Below, piece by piece: positions 13,311-22,989 of a stretch of 64,000 bases of DNA. This DNA comes from Chrysomallon squamiferum (Eukaryota; Animalia; Mollusca), in contig CM022671.1 in assembly GCA_012295275.1 (NCBI GenBank), positions 34,906,001 through 34,970,000 of the forward strand. Direction: 5' to 3'. Both the position numbers and the translations under genes were made by a program. The notes under the pieces were generated by a model. That model ran no database searches. It had not been told where the DNA came from and saw only the letters and a list, made by a program, of their open reading frames with translations. Numbering within the stretch: the first letter of the stretch is position 1; each line of letters begins with the position of its first letter.

Positions 13311-13959
13311 TAGTTTACTAACAAAAAATGTCGCTAAAGCTTTAACACAGACCGTGTACCATAGAATGTTATCCAATAAACAAGTCCTATTTTTGGTCGT
13401 ATTTCAGTTGAATCGGTTATTTTTGTAAACAAAATTAATAAGGGAAGCCAGTTTGTTTCTTCATGGAATTATATTAGAACAGAACGTTTATTAGAATTAT
13501 TAAGTACTTAATTTCTTATTTCATTAAGTAATTAAAATATATATATATATATAAACTAAACAAATGCACATTGTAAATAATTCCTGAAAGTAAATTTCAC
13601 TGATTTAAAAAGATTATTGAATTTTATATATGAATATACATACATACGTACAGATACACATACATAGGCAGATGATATAAGCTTCTATAAATATTTTATT
13701 AAATTTGTAAATGTAAGCATAAATGTTGCTTAGTGCCGCTCCTCGTTTTCTGCTATTTCTCATTTCATCACGTATTTAAATAAATAATTATAAAAACATA
13801 GATATGTATAAAATTTCATATGATCACAGTAAACATTTAAACACTTAATATTCTACAAAATAACTCTTTTCATTAATGTACAAATCATAAATGCAATTTT
13901 TAAATTTCATGAACTAAATGAATTTATGAAGACGAGGAATTAAGGCGAACCGTCAGCAA

Positions 13960-16900
13960 TTACAAATCCGACGTAGGTTTTTTGAAGAATATTCCATGTT
14001 TCTCAATATGATTTCTCAGCTCTTTTGACGAGACGAAAGCTTTGTTGCATTCAATGCAGTGTAGGTGAGATCGAGCAGTAAAGAAGCTGCAACGAGGGTC
14101 CCCGCAGGCTTCCTTCTCCGCGAACAGCATCCTCGTCTTCATATGCAACCATGTCGGCTTTGGCAGCGAATGTGGACCGTTTGGTTTGATGAGTTCGGTT
14201 AACGGGATGAGCTTTCTACGAACAGCAGGGACGATTGCGGCCGACTGTTTCCTACAAGTTTGGACTTCCTGCGTGGTTTCTTTATTCTCGACGTCGTCAG
14301 AAGTTGCTTTATTCGTGGTGACGTCTGGCGATTTCGATTCTTCTCGAGAAAGCGAAGATGTCTGACATTTACCGTTAAACTCTTTAGACGAGTTACTGAA
14401 CCCATCCTTCCTTGCGGAATCGTCTGCAGAAGGCGTCTGTACTTTGTTACTTACGGCGTTTCCATTTTTTGAAGACAATGATCCATCTTTGTCAGAATCT
14501 GATTTCGAAATCGAAGGAGGTGATGTGATTACTCCTGATGGTTTATTCCTACACAGAAACTGGGGAATTTTCAGTGTAACTGTTCCCCTTTTTTGACCTC
14601 CTAAAGCTGGAACTTTGATTGTCTTCTGAATTAACGATATGGTTTTCGTTTCATTAACTGATGAGTTATTTTTCGTTAACGTGTCTGAATCATTATTGGG
14701 TTTTTTCTGTTCTCCATTGTTACACATTTGCTGCTGGTTACGTTCCGGGTCTGTCGAGTTTTCCTTTGTGACTGTTGGCTGCTTGCTAGCTTCAGTGAGG
14801 ACTTGTTTTTGCACTGAACCTTCTTTCGGCTCCTGGAGAAGTTGTGTCAACAACGGCAATTTAACGATTAGTTTCTCGGAAGATGGTTCTTTTAATGGTG
14901 CCATTTTTGAAATTTTCTCTTTCACCTCTGATGTAAGATCAGATGTAGTAGATTTCCTTTTTATTGATTTTCCACCACAGTTGTTGCTTTTACTGTTCTT
15001 TCTTTCATTTTCTGTACAGGTTTCTTCTACACTTATAGTTTTATTAGTGGAATATATATTTTCCTTTTCTCCTGGTTTTGCCAGCGATGATGGTAAGTCT
15101 TCAGCAGTTTCTGGTCGCTGTGTTGTAGTTGATGTTGCTATCGCTGCTCCTGGTGATGTTGCTTCTACAGCAGTTGCAGTTCTATGTGTTACAGGTGCTC
15201 CTGGTGATGTTACTTCTGCAACAGTTTCTGTTTTCTGTTTTGCAGTTGGTGTTACTCTCACTACACCTGATGATGTTGCTTCTTCAACAGTTTCTGTTTT
15301 CTGTGTCGCAGGTGATGTTGCTCTCGCTGCACTTGATAATGTTGCTTCTGGAACAGTTTCTGTCTTATGTGTTGCAGGTGATATTACTCTCACTCCTCTT
15401 GATAATATTGCTTCTACAACAGTTTCTATTTTAAGACTTGCAGGTGAAGTTACTCTCGCTCCTCTTGATAATATTGCTTCTGCAACAGTTTCTGTTTTCT
15501 GTGTTGCAGTTGGTGTTGCTCTCGCTACTCCTGATGATGTTGCTTCTGCAACAGTTTCTATTTTCTGTGTTGCAGTTGGTGTTGCCCTCGCTACTCCTGA
15601 TGATGTTGCTTCTGCAACAGTTTCTGTTTTCTGTGTTGCAGTTGGTGTTGCCCTCGCTACTCCTGATGATGTTGCTTCTGCAACAGTTTCTATTTTCTGT
15701 GTTGCAGTTGGTGTTGCCCTCGCTACTCCTGATAATGTTGCTTCTGCAACAGTTTTTGTTTTATGTGTTGCAGTTGGTGTTGCCCTCGCTACTCCTGATG
15801 ATGTTGCTTCTGTAACAGTTTTTGTTTTATGTGTTGCAGTTGGTGTTCCCCTCGCTACTCCTAATGATGTTGCTTCTACAGCAGTTTCTGTTTTATGTGT
15901 TGCAGTAGATGTTATGCTCGCTGCTCTTGATAATGTTGCTTTTGCAAAAGTTTCTGTTGTTAGTATTGGAAATGATATTACTCTCGCTGGTCTTGGTAAT
16001 GTTGCTTCTGCAAAAGTTTCTGTTTTATGTGTTGCAGGTGATGTTACTCTCGCTGCTCTTGATAATGTTGCTTCTGCAACACTTTCTGTTTTATGTGTTG
16101 CAGGTGATGTTATTCTCGCTGCTCTTGATAATGTTGCTTTTGCAAAAGTTTCTGTTTTATGTGCTGCAGGTGATGTTACTCTCGCTGCTCTTGATAATGT
16201 TGCTTCTGCAACATTTTCTGTTTTATATGTTGCAGGTGATGTTATTCTCGCTGCTCTTGATAATGTTGCTTCTGCAACATTTTCTGTTTTATATGTTGCA
16301 GGTGATGTTATTCTCGCTGCTCTTGATAATGTTGCTTCTGCAACATTTTCTGTTTTATATGTTGCAGGTGATGTTATTCTCGCTGCTCTTGATAATGTTG
16401 CTTTTGCAAAACTCTCTATTGTCAGTAGTGGAATTGATATTACTCTCGCTGGTCTTGGTAATGTTACTTCTACAAAAGTTTCTCTTTTGTGTGTTGCAGG
16501 TAATATTACTCTCGCTGCTCTTGATAATGTTGCTTCTGTAACACTTTCTGTTTTATGCGTTGCAGGTGATGATGCTATCGGTGCTCTTGGTAATGTTGTT
16601 TCTATAACAGTGTCTGTTTTATGTGTTGTAGGTGATGTTAGTCTCGCTGCTCTTGATAATGTTGCTTTTGCAAAAGTTTCTGTTGTCAGTAGTGGAATTG
16701 ATGTTACTCTCGCTGGTCTTGGTAATGTTGCTTCTATAACACTTTCTGTTTTATGCGTTGCAGGTGATGTTAGTCTCGCTGCTCTTGATAATGTTGCTTC
16801 TACAACACTCTCTGTTTTATGTGTTGCAGGTGATGTTGCTATCGGTGCTCTTGATAATGTTGCTTCTATAACAGTGTCTGTTTTATGTGTTGCAGGTGAT

Positions 16901-18828
16901 GTTACTCTTGCTGCTCTTGATGATGTTGCTTCTATAACAGTGTCTGTTTTATGTGTTGCAGGTGATGTTGCTATCGGTGCTCTTGATAATGTTGCTTTTA
17001 TAACAGTGTCTGTTTTATGTGTTGCAGATGATGTTACTCTCGCTGCTCTTGATAATGTTGTTTCTGCAACAGTTTTTATTTTATGTGTTGCAGGTGATTT
17101 TACGCTCGCTGCCTTTGACAATGTTGCTTCTACAACAGTTTCTATTTTATGTGTTCCAGCTGATGTTAGTCTCGCTGCTTTGGAATATGTTGCTTCTGGA
17201 ACACTTTCTGTTTTCTGTCTTGCAGGTGATGTTGCTATCGCTGCTCTTGATAATGTTGCTTCTGCAACAGTTTCCATTTTATGTGTTGCAGATGATGTTG
17301 TTCTCGCTGCTCCTGATGATGTTGCTTCTGCAGCAGTTTCTGTTTTCTGTGTTGCAGGTGATGTTGCTATCGGTGCTCTTGATAATGTTGCTTCTGCAGC
17401 AGTTTCTGTTTTCTGTGTTGCAGGTGATGTTGCTATCGGTGCTCTTGATAATGTTGCTTCAGCAGCAGTTTCTGTTTTCTGTGCTGCAGGTGATGTTGCT
17501 CTCGGTGCTCCTGAAGATGTTGCTTCTGGAACAGTTTCTGTTTTATGTGTTACAGGTGATGTTGCTCTCGGTGCTCCTGATGATGTTGCTTCTGGAACAG
17601 TTTCTGTTTTATGTGTTGCAGGTGATGTTGCTCTCGGTGCTCCTGATGATGTTGCTTCTGGAACAGTTTCTGTTTTATGTGTTGCAGGTGATGTTGCTCT
17701 CGGTGCTCCTGATGATGTTGCTTCTGGAACAGTGTCTGTTTTATGTGTTACAGGTGATGTTGCTATCGCTGCTCCTGATGATGTTGCTGTTTTCTTTGTT
17801 GCAGGTGGTGTTTTTCTCGCTACTCCTGATGATGTTGCTCTTTTTTTTGTTGCAGGTGATGTTTTTCTCACTGCTCCTGATGATGTTGCTCTTTTCTTTG
17901 TTGCAGGTGGTGTTTTTCTTGCTAATCGTGACGATGATGCTCTTTTCTTTGTTGCAGGTGATGTTTTTCTCACTGCTCCTGATGATGTTGCTCTTTTCTT
18001 TGTTGCAGGTGATGTTTTTCTCGCTGCTCCTGATGATGTTGCTCTTTTCTTTGTTGCAGGTGGTGTTTTTCTTGCTAATCGTGAAGATATTGCTCTTTTC
18101 TTTGTTGCAGGTGATGTTTTTCTCACAGCTCCTGATGATTTTGCTCTTTTTTTTGTTGCAGGTGATGTTTTTCTCACTGCTCCTGATGATGTTGCTCTTT
18201 TCTTTGTTGCAGGTGGTGTTTTTCTCGCTGCTCCTGATGATGTTGCTCTTTTCTTTGTTGCAGGTGGTGTTTTTCTTGCTAATCGTGAAGATGTTGCTCT
18301 TTTCTTTGTTGCAGGTGATGTTTTTCTCACTGCTCCTGATGATGTTGATCTTTTCTTTGTTGCAGGTGGTGTTTTTCTTGCTAATCGTGACGATGTTGCT
18401 CTTTTCTTTGTTGCAGGTGATGTTTTTCTCGCTGCTGCTGATGATGTTGCTCTTTTGTTTGGTGAAGTTGATGTTGCCATCGCTGCTCCTGATGATCTGT
18501 TTTCTCCTCTTGGAGTAGGCACTAATGTTTTCTTTAAGTCAGTTTTTTCAAGAACATGTATTTTCCTTTTAATTGTGCTTTCCACGTCTTTTGTGGCATC
18601 CGTAATTTTTCTCTTTAGTGAGTTTCTGACAAGGGAGTCACTCGCTGACCCATCTTTTTGCTGCCATGTGTAACGTCCATAGCTTCTATATTCCTTTTCC
18701 CAGGCAGTAACATTATTTGAAGACCGTTCCACCTGGTGTGTGGAATATTCTGTTTTCTTATTCTTAACTTCTTCAAGGACGTCCTTTTCATCTGGAACAT
18801 CATCCTTTTTAGAACTTTTGATCCCCAT
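13960..18828 (-). CDS. Copy A: 1622-aa repeat protein (intronless CDS) with a C-terminal Castor-type (C2H2-C2H2) zinc finger
   Basis: Uninterrupted ORF beginning MGIKSSKK. It has ~14 x 17-aa basic repeats (KKRATSSGAARKTSPAT) and ~40 x 22-aa repeats (HKTETVPEATSSGAPRATSPAT). The C-terminal CGDPRCSFFTARSHLHCIECNKAFVSSKELRNHIEKH fits C-x4-C-x7-H-x-H-C-x2-C-x12-H-x3-H. Internal indels relative to paralog B keep the frame. Confidence 0.8.
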   Translation of the reverse strand: MGIKSSKKDDVPDEKDVLEEVKNKKTEYSTHQVERSSNNVTAWEKEYRSYGRYTWQQKDGSASDSLVRNSLKRKITDATKDVESTIKRKIHVLEKTDLKKTLVPTPRGENRSSGAAMATSTSPNKRATSSAAARKTSPATKKRATSSRLARKTPPATKKRSTSSGAVRKTSPATKKRATSSRLARKTPPATKKRATSSGAARKTPPATKKRATSSGAVRKTSPATKKRAKSSGAVRKTSPATKKRAISSRLARKTPPATKKRATSSGAARKTSPATKKRATSSGAVRKTSPATKKRASSSRLARKTPPATKKRATSSGAVRKTSPATKKRATSSGVARKTPPATKKTATSSGAAIATSPVTHKTDTVPEATSSGAPRATSPATHKTETVPEATSSGAPRATSPATHKTETVPEATSSGAPRATSPVTHKTETVPEATSSGAPRATSPAAQKTETAAEATLSRAPIATSPATQKTETAAEATLSRAPIATSPATQKTETAAEATSSGAARTTSSATHKMETVAEATLSRAAIATSPARQKTESVPEATYSKAARLTSAGTHKIETVVEATLSKAASVKSPATHKIKTVAETTLSRAARVTSSATHKTDTVIKATLSRAPIATSPATHKTDTVIEATSSRAARVTSPATHKTDTVIEATLSRAPIATSPATHKTESVVEATLSRAARLTSPATHKTESVIEATLPRPARVTSIPLLTTETFAKATLSRAARLTSPTTHKTDTVIETTLPRAPIASSPATHKTESVTEATLSRAARVILPATHKRETFVEVTLPRPARVISIPLLTIESFAKATLSRAARITSPATYKTENVAEATLSRAARITSPATYKTENVAEATLSRAARITSPATYKTENVAEATLSRAARVTSPAAHKTETFAKATLSRAARITSPATHKTESVAEATLSRAARVTSPATHKTETFAEATLPRPARVISFPILTTETFAKATLSRAASITSTATHKTETAVEATSLGVARGTPTATHKTKTVTEATSSGVARATPTATHKTKTVAEATLSGVARATPTATQKIETVAEATSSGVARATPTATQKTETVAEATSSGVARATPTATQKIETVAEATSSGVARATPTATQKTETVAEAILSRGARVTSPASLKIETVVEAILSRGVRVISPATHKTETVPEATLSSAARATSPATQKTETVEEATSSGVVRVTPTAKQKTETVAEVTSPGAPVTHRTATAVEATSPGAAIATSTTTQRPETAEDLPSSLAKPGEKENIYSTNKTISVEETCTENERKNSKSNNCGGKSIKRKSTTSDLTSEVKEKISKMAPLKEPSSEKLIVKLPLLTQLLQEPKEGSVQKQVLTEASKQPTVTKENSTDPERNQQQMCNNGEQKKPNNDSDTLTKNNSSVNETKTISLIQKTIKVPALGGQKRGTVTLKIPQFLCRNKPSGVITSPPSISKSDSDKDGSLSSKNGNAVSNKVQTPSADDSARKDGFSNSSKEFNGKCQTSSLSREESKSPDVTTNKATSDDVENKETTQEVQTCRKQSAAIVPAVRRKLIPLTELIKPNGPHSLPKPTWLHMKTRMLFAEKEACGDPRCSFFTARSHLHCIECNKAFVSSKELRNHIEKHGIFFKKPTSDL
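15100..17750 (-). repeat. Coding 66-bp (22-aa) tandem array, ~40 units, organised in sub-blocks of variant units
   Basis: 66-bp period (e.g. tctggaacag at 17525, 17591, 17657, 17723); T/S/A/P-rich peptide units. Confidence 0.9.
17750..18470 (-). repeat. Coding 51-bp (17-aa) Lys/Arg-rich tandem array, ~14 units
   Basis: Units KKRATSS(GA/RL)(A/V)RKT(S/P)PAT in the translated ORF. Confidence 0.9.
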
Positions 18829-20329
18829 AGGAAATTTAGTATTTTAAAGAAATTCGGAAGTAAATTATGTCAGTCGTTTTATTTCAACTGTAAAAGTAAC
18901 TTGATACGTATTAAGCTCTACAGTTACAATACATCTGCTCATTCTTTAGAAGAAAGTATTGAATTGTTTCCTAAATGGCTATAAAATCAAAATTACTTCA
19001 TAATACAAAATATCTCACCTTACTGAGATTGTAATAAAATGTGAAAGTAGAGCAGCAGGCTGCCTTCCCGGAAGAATAATTAGGTAATATACTGCGGTTG
19101 CACACCTTTTAACTGATTCGCAGTGAGGACGATATATCAATAGTTCAATTAAAATCAAGAGGGCATTAATTTAGGCGCACATGTCTGCGTATGAATGAAC
19201 GAATGTTATTGTTTAACAGACATTTAATTTCCCTAGAGTGAAATTACTGGTGTGTGTATTTTTACACGTTACTTTCTACGTTCACAATGTCACGGGAAAT
19301 ATGTCACTCGATTATATGGTTGAAATAAAGTACAAGGTACACACTGATGTTTATTTAGCAGTAAATCGATCTATTTTTAGTAATTTGTTATCGACTTTAC
19401 AGGAATTTCTTAAACAGAGAAGAATAAAACTTTGGAAATGATATAATTGTAAATTTTTTATTTTATATTATATTATATTATATTATTCATGTATTTATTT
19501 ATTGTTTGTTGGTTTCCTGATATGTGCAGGCGGTGAGGTGTGTAATGAGGTATAAACGTCGTTTAATATAAGGGTCACAGAGCAATATATTTTTCCAGTC
19601 AATGTTTGTTGTAACACTTAATCTTACGTGCGTGTTCACAGGAAAGAATCATCTAGGATAAATTATTTAGAAATTTCCTTTTTGTCTGTGGATATGTAAA
19701 TAAAAAATAAAATTTAAAACAACAAATAAAATAAAATAATTAAAAAAATAAAAACAAAAAATAAAAACAGAGTGCATTTGCTGCAACAATAGAATAATCT
19801 CGAATACCATAAAAATATTAATTATGTATTTCACAGAATAAATATCAACAAGATTTTCAAAAAAAAAAAAAAAAAATTGATTTCAAAACGATTAACAGTT
19901 AATATAATTAATTTTAAAATGATATTAAAAACATATTTAATAAAATGTGTTTAAAACATTTTTTATTTTCATTTCACAATTTAGATATTAGTATTTTTAA
20001 ATAATAATTAAAAAAATTATAACGATTACATTAAAAAAAAGACAAGAAAAAAACAAACAACCTTTTCCACCGAAGAATGTATGGCATACTGCAGTTAATG
20101 ATTAAAAATCTAATGTATGGACATGTTTGTAACATTATTTCTAATGATAAAATAAAATAAAACAGACAATGCTATATACATTTTGTTTATTTGCAATTTA
20201 AGATACTTTAATGTCTTTTAATTATGCATTAGTAACAAATATATTTTTATTTTTGTGAATAAAATAAATTAAAAAAATTAACAATAATTATTTTTTAATC
20301 AATAAAAAAAGATTTAAAATGTCTAATTC

Positions 20330-20373
<44 letters not shown>

Positions 20374-20598
20374 GTTGTTAATTTCAAAAAAATATGTTAT
20401 TTCTATGTAAGAAAGTCATAAAAAAAATATGTTTATTGTTTATTGTTAGTATTTCTGGACCTAATCCAGTTATAGAGATATATGTAATATTTTACAAAAT
20501 AACTCTTTTCAGATAAGTGTACAATTCTTAAGAAATATTACATCATATATACAGTTTTCAAATTTCATGAACTAAATGAATTGTATGAAGACGAGGAA

Positions 20599-22614
20599 TT
20601 AAAACGAACCGTCAGAAACACAAATCCTACGTGGGTTTTTGAAGAACATTCCATGTTTCTCAATATGATTTCTCAGCTCTTTTGACGAGACGAAAGCTTT
20701 GTTGCATTCAAGGCAGTGTAGGTGAGATCGAGCAGTAAAGAAGCTGCAGCGAGGGTCCCCGCAGGCTTCCTTCTCCGCGAACAGCATCCTCGTCTTCATA
20801 TGCACCCATGTCGGCTTTGGCAGCGAGTGTGGACCGTTTGGTTTGATGAGTTCGGTTAACGGGATGAGCTTTCTACGAACAGCAGGGACGATTGCGGCCG
20901 ACTGTTTCCTACAAGTTTGGACTTCCTGCCTGGTTTCTTTATTCTCGACGTCGTCAGAAGTTGCTTTATTCGTGGTGACGTCTGGCGATTTCGATTTTTC
21001 TCGAGAAAGCGAAGATGTCTGACATTTACCGTTAAACTCTTTAGACGAATTACTGAACCCATCCTTCCTTGCTTTCGCCAATGCGGAATCGTCTGCAGAA
21101 GGCGTCTGTACTTTGTTACCTACGGCGTTTCCATTTTTTGAAGACAATGATCCATTTTTGTCAGAATCTGATTTCGAAATCAATGGTTTATTTCTACACA
21201 GAAACTGGGGAATTTTCAGTGTAACTGTTTCCCTTTTCTGACCTCCTGCATCTGGAACTTTGATTGTCGTCTGAATTAACGATATGGCTTTCGTTTCATT
21301 CACTGATGAGTTATTTTTCGTTAACGTGTCTGAATCATTATTGGTTTTTTTCTGTTCTCCATTGTTACACATTTGCTGCTGGTTACGTTTCGGGTCTGTC
21401 GAGTTTTCCTTTGTGACTGTTGACTGCTTGCTCGCTTCAGTGGGGACTTGTTTTTGCACTGAACCTTTTTTCGGCCCCCACACACGTTTTGTCAACAACG
21501 GCAATTTAACGATTAGTTTCTCGGATAATGGTTCTTTTAATGATGCCCTTTTGGAAAAATTTTCATTCACCTCTGATGTAAGATCAGATGTAGTAGATTT
21601 CCTTTTTATTGATTTTCCACTACAACTATTACTTTTACTGTTCTTTCTTTCTTTTTCTCTACATGTTTCTCCTACACTTATAGTTTCATTAGTGGAATAT
21701 ATATTTTCCTTTTCTCGTGGTTTTGCCAGCAATGATGTTGTTTCAACAGCAGTTGCTGTTTTCTGAGTTGCAGTTGGTGTTACTCTCGCTACTCCTGGTG
21801 ATGTTGCTTCTAGAACAGTTGCTGCTTTCCTTGTTGCAGGTGATGTTGCTATCGCTGCTCCTGATGATGTTACTTCTAGAATGGTTGGTGTTTTCTGAGT
21901 TGCACTTGGTGTTGTTCTCGCTGCTCCTGATGATGTTGCTTCTAGAACAGTTGTTGTTTTCTGTGTTGCAGTTGGTGTTGTTCTCGCTGCTGCTGATGAT
22001 GTTGCTTCTAGAACAGTTGTTGTTTTCCTTGTTGCAGTTGGTGTTGTTCTCGCTGCTCCTGATGATGTTACTTCTAGAACAGTTGCTGTTTTCTGTGTTG
22101 CAGTTGGTGTTGTTCTCGCTGCTGCTGATGATGTTGCTTCTAGAACAGTTGTTGTTTTCCTTGTTGCAGTTGGTGTTGTTCTCGCTGCTCCTGATGATGT
22201 TACTTCTAGAACAGTTGCTGTTTTCTGTGTTGCAGTTGGTGTTGCGCTCGCTGCTCCTGATGTTGTATTTTCTTCTCTTGGAGTAGGGACTATTGTTTTC
22301 TTTAAGTCAGTTTCTTCAAGCACATATTTTTTCTTTTTAATTGTGCTTTCCACGTCTTTTGTGACATCCGGAATATTTCTTTTTAGTCGGTTTCTGACAA
22401 GGGAGTCACTCGCTGACCCATCTTTTTGCTGCCCTGTGTAACGTCCATAGCTTCTACGTTCCTTTTCCCAGGCAGCAACATTATTTGAAGACCGTTCCTC
22501 TTGGTGTGTGGAATATTCTGTTTTATCATTGTTAACTTCTGCAAGGACGTCCTCGTGGTATGTATAGCGTTTTTCAACTGGATCATCATCCTTTTTAGAA
22601 CTTTCGTTTCCCAT
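20599..22614 (-). CDS. Copy B: 671-aa paralog with ~8 x 22-aa repeats and the same Castor-type zinc finger
   Basis: ATG at 22612-22614 (MGNESSKK, aaaATG context) aligns with the ATG of copy A. The upstream ATG at 22662 lies beyond a clean acceptor (tttttcag at ~22651-22658) and is probably intronic. The C-terminal ~330 aa are highly similar to copy A. Confidence 0.8.
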   Translation of the reverse strand: MGNESSKKDDDPVEKRYTYHEDVLAEVNNDKTEYSTHQEERSSNNVAAWEKERRSYGRYTGQQKDGSASDSLVRNRLKRNIPDVTKDVESTIKKKKYVLEETDLKKTIVPTPREENTTSGAASATPTATQKTATVLEVTSSGAARTTPTATRKTTTVLEATSSAAARTTPTATQKTATVLEVTSSGAARTTPTATRKTTTVLEATSSAAARTTPTATQKTTTVLEATSSGAARTTPSATQKTPTILEVTSSGAAIATSPATRKAATVLEATSPGVARVTPTATQKTATAVETTSLLAKPREKENIYSTNETISVGETCREKERKNSKSNSCSGKSIKRKSTTSDLTSEVNENFSKRASLKEPLSEKLIVKLPLLTKRVWGPKKGSVQKQVPTEASKQSTVTKENSTDPKRNQQQMCNNGEQKKTNNDSDTLTKNNSSVNETKAISLIQTTIKVPDAGGQKRETVTLKIPQFLCRNKPLISKSDSDKNGSLSSKNGNAVGNKVQTPSADDSALAKARKDGFSNSSKEFNGKCQTSSLSREKSKSPDVTTNKATSDDVENKETRQEVQTCRKQSAAIVPAVRRKLIPLTELIKPNGPHSLPKPTWVHMKTRMLFAEKEACGDPRCSFFTARSHLHCLECNKAFVSSKELRNHIEKHGMFFKNPRRICVSDGSF
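21735..22265 (-). repeat. Coding 66-bp (22-aa) array, ~8 units, partly a 132-bp dimer
   Basis: Alternating QKTATVLEVTSSGAARTTPTAT / RKTTTVLEATSSAAARTTPTAT. Confidence 0.85.
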
Positions 22615-22650
22615 TTTTCTTTTAACTGTTTGACAATCAGCTTTTAGGAG

Positions 22651-22989
22651 CTGAAAAAACATTTAAAAATAAATAAACAAATAAGTTCAATGGAAGTCAG
22701 TAATCAGTCATCAATTCTTTATTTAAATTGTATCTTACACTGTTATGAACACTGTTGTTTATTTACTTATTTTAATTTAAGTTTGTGTTTATATTATGTC
22801 AGGATATTTAGTGTTTTTGAAAAAATCGGAAGCAGATGTCGATCATGGTTTGTTTTGACTGTGATAAGTAACTTGATACGTATTAAGCACTACAGTTACA
22901 ATAAAACTGCTCATTCTTTAGAAGAAAATATTAATTTGTTTTCTAAATGACTATAAAATCAAAATTAAGTCTTAATACAAAATATCTCA
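22651..22989 (-). other. Probable 5'-UTR intron of copy B
   Basis: Donor AAG|gtgaga at ~22989 (conserved in copy A at ~19018) and acceptor tttttcag| at 22651, 36 nt before the ATG. An ETS-like CCGGAAG is conserved just upstream in both copies (~23040, ~19068). Confidence 0.6.

Larger units (their letters stand above)
13846..20453. repeat. Tandem segmental duplication, unit A (paralogous to 20485-24553)
   Basis: Colinear similarity across the 3' flank (13846~20485), the CDS, the upstream region (18829-19440 ~ 22801-23410) and the distal flank (19530-20453 ~ 23440-24553). Confidence 0.85.

Noticed and set aside
14639-18673. 1344-aa antisense ORF (V/A/D/S-rich) overlapping copy A
   Set aside because: It lies in the antisense frame that shares wobble positions, where stops need a sense Tyr after T/C or His/Gln after T. 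The repeats use ACA-CAT/CAG/TAT, so stops are avoided passively. The equivalent frame in copy B is broken by a TGA at 21764-21766.
15129-22286. Leu/Met-rich + strand ORFs (e.g. 17019-18518, 15909-16541, 21717-22286) resembling membrane proteins
   Set aside because: They are shadow frames of the coding tandem repeats.
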